A DNA stretch of 63,636 nucleotides, filler included, from Lenisia limosa (lineage: Eukaryota; Protista; Breviatea), in assembly GCA_001655205.1 (NCBI GenBank). It is 12 parts of 12 records of this genome, joined end to end, with 100 filler letters (N's around TTAATTAATTAA, not from the genome) between each part and the next. Parts side by side here need not be neighbours in the genome. Positions count along the whole stretch, not along the records: positions 36,683 to 37,887 come from LPNZ01004688.1; positions 37,988 to 40,200 come from LPNZ01008078.1; positions 40,301 to 52,916 come from LPNZ01003269.1; 9 more parts are not named here. One strand, 5' to 3'. Below are positions 36,583 through 47,854 of the stretch, piece by piece. The notes under the pieces were generated by a model. That model was not told the DNA's origin. It saw only the letters and a list, made by a program, of their open reading frames with translations, and did no database searches. Numbering within the stretch: the stretch's first letter is position 1; the number at the start of each line of letters is the position of its first letter. The position numbers and the translations under genes are program-made.

Positions 36583-36682
36583 NNNNNNNNNNNNNNNNNN
36601 NNNNNNNNNNNNNNNNNNNNNNNNNNTTAATTAATTAANNNNNNNNNNNNNNNNNNNNNNNNNNNNNNNNNNNNNNNNNNNN
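36583..36682. other. Artificial scaffold linker
   Basis: N-TTAATTAATTAA-N, 100 nt. Confidence 0.97.
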
Positions 36683-36738
36683 TAATTATCTTGATTTATC
36701 CTGAGTTATCTGATTTACCTGGGTTACTTCCTGTAGGT

Positions 36739-37216
36739 TGGCGTTACAACCAAGCATGAAGCCGCCACAGCCTTTTCCGACTGTATTTGCGAGGATTCCT
36801 TCGTGGAAATTCGAGAAGCTAGCTCTTTGGAGTGCACGTGCCCCCAGAACACCACCTTCACCTCGGATGTCGGGGCTTGTTTGCCTTGCGGAGGTGGGTT
36901 GAGGTTAACAGGCGCTTTTGTAACATAATCATGTCACTGTTCAACCCCCTACTGAACATAGCAATTATCTTGTCAACATGGTTAATATCCTTCTCTCAGT
37001 TAATCATGAGAAGTAACATCAATTCTCAACTTCTCTCACTTGGCCTTGATTAGTAACATTATCAATTCTCAACCTTTACGAGTTAACATTTTTGTACCGC
37101 TTCTTAAGGCTTTGTGCAGCTATCTTAACCTTGTAGTGAACATGATGACCAGTGGATCTGGGCTCAACACCACGTGCTTCTGTGCCCCGGGCTCCGGCTG
37201 GCTCGCCTCCTCTCAG
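36739..37216 (+). CDS. Cys-rich repeat surface protein fragment
   Basis: LECTCPQNTTFTSDVGACLPCG and NTTCFCAPGSGWLASSQ exons. Confidence 0.5.
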
Positions 37217-37887
37217 GTGGGGGGGGGGATGGNNNNNNNNNNNNNNNNNNNNNNNNNNNNNNNNNNNNNNNNNNNNNNNNNNNNNNNNNNNNNNNNNNNN
37301 NNNNNNNNNNNNNNNNNNNNNNNNNNNNNNNNNNNNNNNNNNNNNNNNNNNNNNNNNNNNNNNNNNNNNNNNNNNNNNNNNNNNNNNNNNNNNNNNNNNN
37401 NNNNNNNNNNNNNNNNNNNNNNNNNNNNNNNNNNNNGACACTACCACCCGTCATCCTACCGCTTACTCCTCCTCAGCCTCCCTTTCTTTCCCAATTGACA
37501 TTTAGACTGGATTCTAGTTCATTCTATAACCTCTAGGTTGATTCAAATGAAGGGTTTATATTGGAATGCGTTGATAAAATATAATTTCAAATTCCAACTT
37601 GTCTGGACAAGGAACGAATTCCTCTCAGGTTAGTGGATTAACGGAAGCGTTTATCCATTCCCAAGGCGTCCCATCCTATGCTGAACTGAACCCGTTCTGA
37701 AAAGTTCGTTATCCGGGGTATCGAATGTTCTATGATCCGAATTCAACCGCCCAATTAAATTGGTCTGCTAAGTTATTTATTCTGAACTCTCCGCATGGGT
37801 GATGTTCCAGTAGGTTTCCCGTTCCTTCTAACCCTCCAGATTTGTCTTTCTGAGCAATGTGATTTCAAGTAGCTGGACTCATCTCTC

Positions 37888-37987
37888 NNNNNNNNNNNNN
37901 NNNNNNNNNNNNNNNNNNNNNNNNNNNNNNNTTAATTAATTAANNNNNNNNNNNNNNNNNNNNNNNNNNNNNNNNNNNNNNNNNNNN
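37888..37987. other. Artificial scaffold linker
   Basis: N-TTAATTAATTAA-N, 100 nt. Confidence 0.97.
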
Positions 37988-40190
37988 CTCCACAGGTCCA
38001 ATTGCTGCACTATCGGACTGGACCGCCAAGGTAAACTAAAATGTTAATTGGGAAAATAATGAAACAAAAAAAGCCCAAAATCAACTCCGTTCGCTAGAAA
38101 CACATGAGGGTTGAGAACAACAAAACAAACAAAGCCCAGATCGCTTCTGCAGACAATATCCCATTAGAGGGAGATAAAACAAGGCACATGGTCTCAGCCT
38201 TTTACCATGTCATCAGCTCGGTGAACTACGTTTGCCACAACGCCTGCAAGCGTGGCAGTCTTAATGCCATCACAGGTAACGTTTTTGAGGCAAATCGAGA
38301 TCTGGGGGTGGCAGTGGTGGTAAATGGAAATTAACAAATCTGCATTAGTGGGGGGGGGGGGGGNNNNNNNNNNNNNNNNNNNNNNNNNNNNNNNNNNNNN
38401 NNNNNNNNNNNNNNNNNNNNNNNNNNNNNNNNNNNNNNNNNNNNNNNNNNNNNNNNNNNNNNNNNNNNNNNNNNNNNNNNNNNNNNNNNNNNAGTCTTGT
38501 CAGGCTGACGAAGTCTTTTGTGCGAACATTTCTACCAATACATATCATATGCGAAGATGCTTGCTGTGACTACTACTATTGAGACCTTCAATGGCTCTTT
38601 CCACTCACAGTCACTGCACAGAAGATTCTCTTTCTAACATTTTTCTTTGTTCAAATTCATTTTGCCCAAAATATTACCCTGTCAGCCCACCAGCATGGCT
38701 TGTCCAATAGGCGCGCCGAGGGGAGAGATGGAGACAATTTCGGGAGGTGGAAGCACCGTGTCTGACTGGTAAGAATAGGGCTTCACTTCGATTCAAAAAC
38801 AAAGACTGAATTTTTCAATAAATCTTCGAAAATTCCGGTATTTTTCGAACCGAAGTGAAGCCCTAGAAGTAGCCCCCATCAAGAAGTTGAAGTAGCCCTA
38901 AAACAGTCTACACCTTCTCCCCTCCCACAAAGAGAGGCGTTGCAGTCACCACCAATGGATGAAGTAATGAAGAACTCGGTCAAGCCGGGGGAGAGGGCTG
39001 GAAGAACCACATCAAGTGACCCGTTATCTGCAGCGTGAAGGGATATTATGGTATCTGTAGGGGTTGAAGGAAGGACTTGTTGGGAAAAAAGAAGACAATT
39101 TATGAAACATAAAAATAACTCAGAATCAACCTCATAGGATAAACACGAGAGACTCAAAAGGTTTGAAACATACAACACAAAATACAGGCCTGTCGCTTAT
39201 GCTGATATTATGCTTTGTGTATTTTACTGTTGTTGTACCCCTAATTTGAGCAATCATTATACACCCCCTCACGTTGTGCCAATATAGTTGCGGGTTCATG
39301 CTGGGGGCCACATGAAACGGTGACGTCATCGAATGGCCCGTTGCAGATACCATGCCCAAATATGGTAACCTGGGGGTGCGAGGAGGGGGAAGGGATGAGT
39401 GAGAGGGGAGGAACACAATAATGAAGTGACTTGGTCCTAATTGCAATGGGATTCCAGCGATCTTTACTCAAACAAAAAAGATGAAGTGAAACAAAATACA
39501 CTATGGTTTCGTGGTACTCACGGTTTTGCCAGCTCTACAAGGCCCTTCACACGGCTCCACTCGGGACAGTGTGGCTTGTACAAAGGCAAACATGGGGCTT
39601 CCGGGGATGATGATCACCTGCGATGGGATGAGAAAAGGGAAATTGAGGAAATAAAAGGAGCCCAATCAAGACATTTGATGTTGCGTGATAGATAGGGCTT
39701 CATACGGTTCGAAAAAACTCGGGATAATATCGATAGTCTTCGTGGATTTATCGAGACATTCAGTCTTTTTTCGAACCAAAGTGAAGCCTTAGAATAGGAC
39801 TTTTTGCTCCACACACCGAGCTAGCCTGGTTGGGCATGCAAGAGACCGTGACGCTTGCAATGCGGTCTATTGGGGCTATGGGAGTACCAGATCTGCCAGA
39901 GTCATTTAAGGAAAAACAATCNNNNNNNNNNNNNNNNNNNNNNNNNNNNNNNNNNNNNNNNNNNNNNNNNNNNNNNNNNNNNNNNNNNNNNNNNNNNNNN
40001 NNNNNNNNNNNNNNNNNNNNNNNNNNNNNNNNNNNNNNNNNNNNNNNNNNNNNNNNNNNNNNNNNNNNNNNNTAAAGTACCACCCACCCCTGGGGGAGTT
40101 GAAGGGGCCTGGTGGGAGGACACAAGGACATGAGCGTTGCCCGCGACCATTGCGCTGACGCCTCAATATCGGCTAGTTGCAGCTTCGAGG
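37988..40190 (-). CDS. Beta-rich extracellular protein fragment (possible IPT/TIG-like domain)
   Basis: VTIFGHGICNGPFDDVTVSCGPQ; SLDVVLPALSPGLTEFFITSSIGG; NVTCDGIKTATLAGVVANVVHRADDM|FTLAVQSDSAAIGPVE. Confidence 0.45.
38036..38166 (-). repeat. Family C element ending at an intron acceptor
   Basis: Minus strand atgggatattgtctgcagaagcgatctgggctttgtttg...ggagttgattttgggc...ttttcccaattaacattttAG. Confidence 0.8.
38776..38865. mobile_element. MITE family A (intronic)
   Basis: tagggcttcacttcgattc ... gaaccgaagtgaagcccta. Confidence 0.9.
39693..39791. mobile_element. MITE family A (intronic)
   Basis: tagggcttcatacggttcg ... gaaccaaagtgaagcctta. Confidence 0.88.
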
Positions 40191-40200
40191 ACGTATCAGA

Positions 40201-40300
40201 NNNNNNNNNNNNNNNNNNNNNNNNNNNNNNNNNNNNNNNNNNNNTTAATTAATTAANNNNNNNNNNNNNNNNNNNNNNNNNNNNNNNNNNNNNNNNNNNN
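40201..40300. other. Artificial scaffold linker
   Basis: N-TTAATTAATTAA-N, 100 nt. Confidence 0.97.
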
Positions 40301-40539
40301 GGGGCGGGGGGGGGGGTGGATTAGAAGCTCACAGGATAGTTCTTGGATTTACCATTGTGTTTGGGAGGAATTATTGACCTTTTAGGCTAGTTTCAAGTCT
40401 CCAAATCAAAGTAGGATCAGAGTCGGGTCTTTTTCTTCAATGTATAGAAAGTAGCTGGTTTAAGAATTGAGCGAAATTACATGATAGAAGTACAAAAAAA
40501 GAGCTACACACTAACTCTGAAACCCACATAGCCCGGTAA

Positions 40540-43500
40540 CATAAAACATGGAAGAGGGCTCTAAACAGCAGCTTTTTGGGGTGTCGGGGCAACAGGCTAC
40601 ACCGTAGTCAAGATCGGAATAATGAAAATGGGGAAGAAGGGCTTCAAGTCCATACCTGGTCAATTACTGGAGCGGGGTTGAGTATTGACATCACAACAGG
40701 AAGGAGGAAGGTACCGAAGAGCATTGCTGCGTTGTCAGGAACATCACACAGGAATGAAAGCATACAGCCAACTTACAAAGAGAAATAGTTGAAATCATAA
40801 TAACAAAGAAGACGTGGATGATGTAGCTTGTCGTCAGGAGTAAGAAAAGAAGACCGACAATGGTGGACCCACAGCCCAAAACAATGGCCGCTCCAATCTC
40901 AGTCAGCGATTTAATCTTGAGGGTCAAAATGGATTATGTGTGATGTTTGAACGTGTGCCNNNNNNNNNNNNNNNNNNNNNNNNNNNNNNNNNNNNNNNNN
41001 NNNNNNNNNNNNNNNNNNNNNNNNNNNNNNNNNNNNNNNNNNNNNNNNNNNNNNNNNNNGAGCTAAATGGGCACTCCCATCAACCTGAAATAATGATTGA
41101 TATACAAAAAGAAGTCAAGATAGGAGAAGAAAATAGAGAGACAAGAGTGGGAAAGACAAAACCCATCATATAGTATATTAAATGTCAGCTTAATAAAACC
41201 CGGACAAATGTCAGCTTACCGCGAAACCAATAGACATCACAAGGTTAATTGATGATCTAAGTTGTAATGAAGTTTGGACAGTCGCTTACATAGAGCTCAA
41301 TGAAATATCAGAGTAGTACATGACACCAAGAATACAGATATCGATAAAGACGATGTTGAACTGAAGGGTTAGCGACCAGGATTGCTTACTAATACATAGA
41401 CTGCGACTTTGAAGGACGCAAGCAGAACGAATGTGACGCCCAGGCATGACAGGGCTCCATAGAGTAAGTTGAGGCCGGTTTCCATTTGGAGAACTGCAAA
41501 CTGCTCAAAGTACACCTAAAAGTCAAACCAGAGTAACGCCGACGAAATGGATCTCGTAGATCAATAATAACAGTTTTTATAGAGATGCAGGAACAACAAA
41601 TGAAGAGCCCTACATAGAGGTTTGAGAAGGGGTCTGCATCAATATCAGACACGGCATTAATATCATCCCGAAGCTCAAACATCATGTTCGCCCTGGGTGT
41701 CAGAAAACATCATCACATTTGTGGGTCATACAGCTTTTTTGAGTTATACGTCCACTCAGGGGTATGGGTCACATGGAAGCGTGACGAGTAAATCTCATTC
41801 GGTGGGCCAACAGATTGCTGAAGAGTTAACATGGGGGTGGAACTAGGGCTTCCCTAAGACCGAATGATAAATCCTCGATAAATATCGATATTGAAACGGT
41901 TTTTTTCGGACCGTAGGGAAGCTCTAGATGCAACAAACCGCTTCATTGAGAGTGATGTCGGGAACAACGAAGGCCTTCTGCGGTAGCGCCATATATATCG
42001 CAAGCAGGTTGTAGAAGTCGTCTGTCAGTCAGGCTTTATTGAAAACAAACTATCACCCCTTAGAACCCATTAGCCTACCTCCAATGGGGAGAGACGCTGT
42101 TTCATCTAGACAATCAGAGGGGATTTTGTGCATGATATGATGCATTTATGATAACAGAAATAACCTCTCTAATTACACATATAGTATACATATAAGCGAA
42201 AGAAGACTGGAAAAATTACATGTCCTTCACAACCACCAATTGGAAATAGAACACCCATGCTCACTTCCAATTGCCACCCTGTAGAACGACTGCATGTCAT
42301 CAATCCATCCGAAGCACGAGTTTGTCACTGAGCTTTCGCACACCTAAAACGTCAAATTTGTCCTTGAGCTGGTGTTCGGCAGATGATGAAACGAGAAACT
42401 TAACACTACGAAGTCAGGCTACATACTGCCTCTAAGAGGTTGAAGGCGGCATCCTGTCCTTCTTTCGTGTTGTACTCGATCCCTCTCCAAATAAGAATAT
42501 CGACCTGTTACCATGAGAAGGTGCTGGGTACTGCGCATGTTGAGCGGAAATGTTGTATCCAACCAAATCAGTTACAGGTAGGGCTTCACTTCGTTTTGAA
42601 AATAAAATATCGATATTTATCGAAGATTTATCGATAAATTCAGTCTTATTTTGAACCAAAGTGAAGCCCTAGTTACAAGGTTTTGAGGATATTGTGATTG
42701 GGGAGTATGTTGTTTCTCAGGGAGAGGCCAGAATGCCCCCATACTGGTAGTTCATAGTAGCCGAAGAAGTCTCGCTCAATATCGTAATACTGAAAAAGGT
42801 TAACCATGATCTTTGGTATTATCTACAGATATTCCAGTCAACTCTATAGATATACTCCTTTCTCTTAAAGTCAGCATATACGAGTCGTCATACCCTCCCC
42901 CTCCCACAGTCATCATATACGAGTCGTCAGGTACGAGTTCAGTCATTCGAAGCCCCTATGAAAGTGAGCAAATGTTGCGGACAGCTTCCGCCAGATACAA
43001 CCTTTATTTATTTCTCATCTTTGGCCAGATAAAACCTTTTTTTATTTCTCATCTAGTATATACATATATGAAGGTGCGCAGAACCATGGAGATCAGACTG
43101 CATACCTCCTCCAAATTGAGAGCACCCCAGGCACAGACCAGGATCAGAGCCAAGAAGGCTGCTAAAACGGCTTTCTGGGTTGTTAGTAAATATTTCAGTA
43201 TCCCCCCCCCCCTCCACGACATACCTTGACAAGAGGTTTGGTGAGGGTTGGCCCAATCCAAAACTTCATCGCATATGCCACAGTGCCCTTTCTTTCACAA
43301 GGTTCTCGCTGAACAGTTAGGTTTTCAATCCTAATGAGAAGTTCTTACCTCATCCAGGTCGTGACTGGACTCAAAGACAATGCAAGGCACACAGTCTTTC
43401 CTCCCTAAACAAGTCAGTGCATTTCATGTCGAAACGAACGAACTCGAATCTTGACGCTTCAGGTCCAGGGCCAGAAGAGCTACAAAAAAGGTACACTGGA

Positions 43501-46500
43501 AAGTCAATTAATAAGGTTGTGTACCTGGAATACAAAATCGATGAACACGGCAATTCCAGTGTAGATACTGAAGTATTCCACCACTCTGAAGACAGAGAAA
43601 GACCCAATGATGAAGGCCACACTATCTGCAATCGTCAGAAATAGAAATAGAGCATGGCATTCCATAATTTAAAAATAGCCTGAGAGCCCACCAGTGATAC
43701 TCGTGAGGAGGATTGAAGGCCCTGCCTCCTCCAACGCTTGGGCAATCTGTCAAAGTGAATAGAATCAGATGGGGGCAAAAGATTCATGACAATCAAAAAT
43801 ACGATAGTTTTCACGTAGTATAAGTATAATATGCTGGGGAGGCACGCAGAAAGCTGTTCACAGAGTTGTTGCAAGCAAAATGATTGGGTGAATTAATATT
43901 ATACTATAATCTAATATCTCTTAAATGGCGGGGACGGCTTCGGACAGATACAACCTTATTTTTTATTTCTCATTGCTATATTATATTATCATGCATCTCT
44001 GCGGCCATGGATATTTTGCACCCCTTACCTGGTCTTCAATAAGCGAACACGGTTCACAGCGCTCCGCGGCCGCAACAATCACAAACGCATCATCCACTCC
44101 AAGCCTACTGCGTAACACTCAGTCTATTTAGGAAAGCTAGGGTAACCTGAGGTGTACCACTTAGAGAAGAGAGTATAATCAGAAGAACTATCAAGTTTTA
44201 AGACAGAATTGTTCTTTCCTCTCACCCCAGAATGAGGAACGGCATCACTGCAACGGTAGCTGCAAAAGAGACTCCTGAAGAGTCAGCGAAAACATACCAA
44301 GGAAAAGATGTATATATCAGGATAAAGCCTTCCAAACCGTTAAGTTCATCAAACAATATTATGAAGAGGAAACAAATAGTTTACTAATTGACCACTTACC
44401 AAGATAACCGCCGATACCATACGCGCAAATAACTGCAAGCGCCACGCCAACAGTTGCGCCAACGCCAAGGTTTGCTGGAACATCACGTGATCAAAAGACT
44501 TACATCTGGCTTTGATTGGGTGGTCCCATCTCCGGAAGGCGATGGCAACAAAGACCACAACTCCGCCAAACATCGCACTCATCAACGGCATATCGGCCTG
44601 AAGGTTAGTCAGACTATTTGGAACAAATTCATCATACATCTCCACATAACATTCATCTTGGACTATGCGCATTCAGTCCCAATGTCTTGCCAAGACCTAC
44701 ATTGATGCTTTCATTCAGCTCGTAGTCCAGGCACCAGCGACACCCAAACGTAACACGAAATTCAGGAAATCGGTCGCTCTCGCCGCTCGAGCCGAACTCA
44801 TCATACAGCACGGACTGCAGCTGTTTCTGTACCGCTGGAAAGAGGCAAAAGTAAGTCGACATTAGAGGAAACACATCCCTTAGTTAGCCCCGTGTTCACC
44901 ATCCCATCCCTCATCACCATCCCTTATCACCCCATCCCTTGGTACCTTCTGAGAGTGCGAGATCATCATCGGCTACAGGGTTAGAGTAATTTAATGAGAG
45001 GGCCATTGATATCCGGATGGGACATTACAGCACTTCATACTTTGAGCTGAAAGATACCAGCAAGAGCGGAGGGCTTGAGACGCTGCCACTTTGCCATTGC
45101 TATCGAAGTTCAAATCTAAAGAGTGACATGCAACAGCTTGTCATTGATCAACAAAAGATACAATAGCTTGTCATTGATCAATAAAAGATACAACAGCCTG
45201 TCATTGCTCAACAAAAGATACAACAGCCTGTCATTGATCACAAAAGATACAACAGCTTGTCATTGATCACAAAAGATACAACAGCTTGTCATTGAGCAAA
45301 AAGATCGAATTTCTTCATTTGACGATGGGAACAGCCCGCCCACGCCCCCCGTCGCCGCCCAGAGCCACGGCATGTTGGAGCACACCGCCGTTCGTCATTG
45401 CTAAGTTGGCATCATTGATATTGTTGAGAATCTGAGTCTCCTAAATCGTAACAACAACATTTCATGTTCATTCATTTGACTATTCAAGAGCAGCAAAGAT
45501 CTGGTACGAGCCTCCCCGTCGCTCACGGAAGCCCATGAACTGGGGTTTTGGAAGACTTCCCTCCTTAGTATCGAGGTCATTCGACATTCATCACTACTTC
45601 GGTAAACCGATAGGAGGAAGGGGGTGGGGGTACAAGAACGGAAAAGATCATATCAACTCTTTAAGAGCAAAGCAAATAAATCAAAACCTATTCGGGGAGT
45701 ATGTAGAAATGAGAAATTGAAATACGGTATCTAAACGAAGCAGTCAACACCATTACGTTAGACCGTAGATTGGGCCTACTTTGCCATGATGCATGCGTTT
45801 TCATACGCTTTTCCAGCGCCGGTTCCCTAAATAGTAAGGAAGGCTGAAGAACAAACTGTTCCATCAAAAAAACAAAAAACACACATACCTTTGACCCGAG
45901 GAGGGAAACAGAGTCCCCATCAACTTCGGTTGTGGAGTTCATGAAGATATCATTCTCCAGGGTGTTTAAAGCGTCAAAGGAGCTTGGCTGCAAAGTGGTG
46001 ACCTTCAATATACTTCATTTTTCCCTCCCAAGAGCACCTTCTGTGAAATATACATAACTTATAGTGACCGATTTGCTCTGTGATTTCCCAAGGAAAATCG
46101 GTCAAGACTTANNNNNNNNNNNNNNNNNNNNNNNNNNNNNNNNNNNNNNNNNNNNNNNTCAGATAATGTATGTATGAAGAGAATTCTAGCATGAGTAGAG
46201 GTCAAAAAAAAAAGGCGTACCAGAAGTACATTGAAGCCATCCCGCCTGGTTAGCTGAATGCAGAAGAAGTCACTTGCACCCTCCAAGAAGATCCTAGGGA
46301 GGTTAGCATGATTCACTTACGATGGTGATGCTCGTCTGAGAGCCTATCTTAGACATGTATATAATATATAATCAAGTTGTTATAGCATTATCATCGTTTA
46401 ATAAAGCATAAAAGCCACAATAGTCAGCAAGAATCATTTGTATCCTCCATATTGCAACAAATTCCTTTGTAAATATGTGCATGATTGCTTTTATACATGT

Positions 46501-46900
46501 GATGGAACCAACAGCTTCGAGAAACTGTTTACATTTATCAAATATAGTACTATATAAATATAATAAATATATGTTTATTTTACACCTCTGAGTACTATAA
46601 TGATTCAACTCGGAACCCACGAACTCGTAACTCTTTTCACGGACCTTGGCTGCCTCATTGCCTTTCGGCGTGTACATTTCCTCCGATGTGGCCTTCGTCT
46701 CAATCATGGCTGCAATGTTAGCAACAAGGTCCACGAATGCCAGATGCAACTACCCCCCCCATACTAATGCCATAAGCAAGAATTAGTGTCGCCTAAAGAA
46801 TGAGGGAGACAACAATAAAAACTGTCACGTTTCTGTCCACAGCCATCTTACCACCACTGGAGCTATAATGAAGGGGTAGGGATTCCTCCCGATAGTTCGG
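40540..46900 (-). CDS. Patched/NPC1-family sterol-sensing-domain RND membrane protein (PTCHD3-like)
   Basis: SSD motifs GVSFAATVAVMPFLILG|LGVDDAFVI, IAQALEEAGPSILLTSIT|DSVAFIIGS...FSIYTGIAVFIDFVFQ; second lumenal loop GLRMTELVPDDSYMMT|YYDIERDFFGYYELP; C-terminal TMs IGAAIVLGCGSTIVG and LFGTFLLPVVMS. Confidence 0.88.
41844..41926. mobile_element. MITE family A forming most of a short Patched intron
   Basis: TAGGGC...GCTCTA; TSD ggtggaac/gatgcaac (6/8). Confidence 0.88.
42579..42671. mobile_element. MITE family A inserted at a 5' splice site
   Basis: TSD gttacagg/gttacaag (7/8), containing GTAAC on the minus strand. Confidence 0.9.
43830..43978 (+). repeat. Dispersed repeat family D, copy 2 (Patched intron; partial copy ~42977-43030)
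   Basis: Near-colinear with 23127-23282. Confidence 0.8.
45131..45306. repeat. Minisatellite, six copies of a 29-30-bp unit
   Basis: caacagcttgtcattgatcaacaaaagata repeated head-to-tail with no spacers. Confidence 0.92.
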
Positions 46901-47854
46901 CCAAGTCTGCAAGATCAAAGGAAAGGTATGTTGAAGGAAGTCTGGCATTCCACCTTGAATCAAAAAGAATACGTACTGCCACTTTTAAGTTTATCCCCAG
47001 GTATCAATTCTGTGTTGCTGTAGTCCGAGAGGGCTGGCAACGAGCCGATGGAACAAACATGACATCCGAAATCCCCTTTCCCGCCAAACCTTCTGAAAAA
47101 GAGCCTTACAAAGCGATCAAGGGCAAGAAGCTTCAACTGCATGATGCCTGTTGTTTTCCCGCTTCAGCTTCTTCACAAAACGTGCCTGTCACCCTCCCCA
47201 GTGTCACCTACAACCAGCCTACAACGCCTACAACCTACAACAACAAGAGTGGAAATCAAATGATGATTATTGATACACCCCAACCAGCCTGCTGTTACCA
47301 AAAAAATGCCCGACCCCGAAGGCAAAACCAGGACGGGTTTTGACCCACTTTGACGCTCTTTTTTCCTTTTCAAATTTAACGTTAGTTTTTGAGTTTTCAT
47401 TTTAGCTGGGTTTGAAGGGTTGCTTATTGTACTGAGAAGAAGAATGTCACCCTGACCATGTCATGTCACATGTCACTTTCATGACTTTTGTACTTGTTGT
47501 TTATTTATTGTATGAGTGTGAAATAATTAAAATTACAGGATATTGGAAATCATGAGATATCTCTTTTGTAAATATGTACTTGTCATTACCATCGTCAAAT
47601 TCAATCAAAATTGAAGATGATACTATAATTTGATTCATAGTATTAGAACATTTCTATGTAACGCGCTTACGTTGCCAGTTTACAGTTTGCCTTTGCTATT
47701 CAGGCTGGTACCTATGTCGTCTCATCGTAATGTGCAGTAACTCCTGGCGCAGCATGGGGTAAGTTCAGCCTGTTGGTTTTTGTTTTTATTGATTGTAGGA
47801 GTGTCGGTTCCTGCATGGATACATTGCATCCTGTTGAAAATTTTGCCCAGAGTC

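Noticed and set aside
45131-45306. CRISPR-like look of the 30-bp repeats (also 61076-61285)
   Set aside because: Units abut with no unique spacers, lie in eukaryotic introns, and no cas genes are present.
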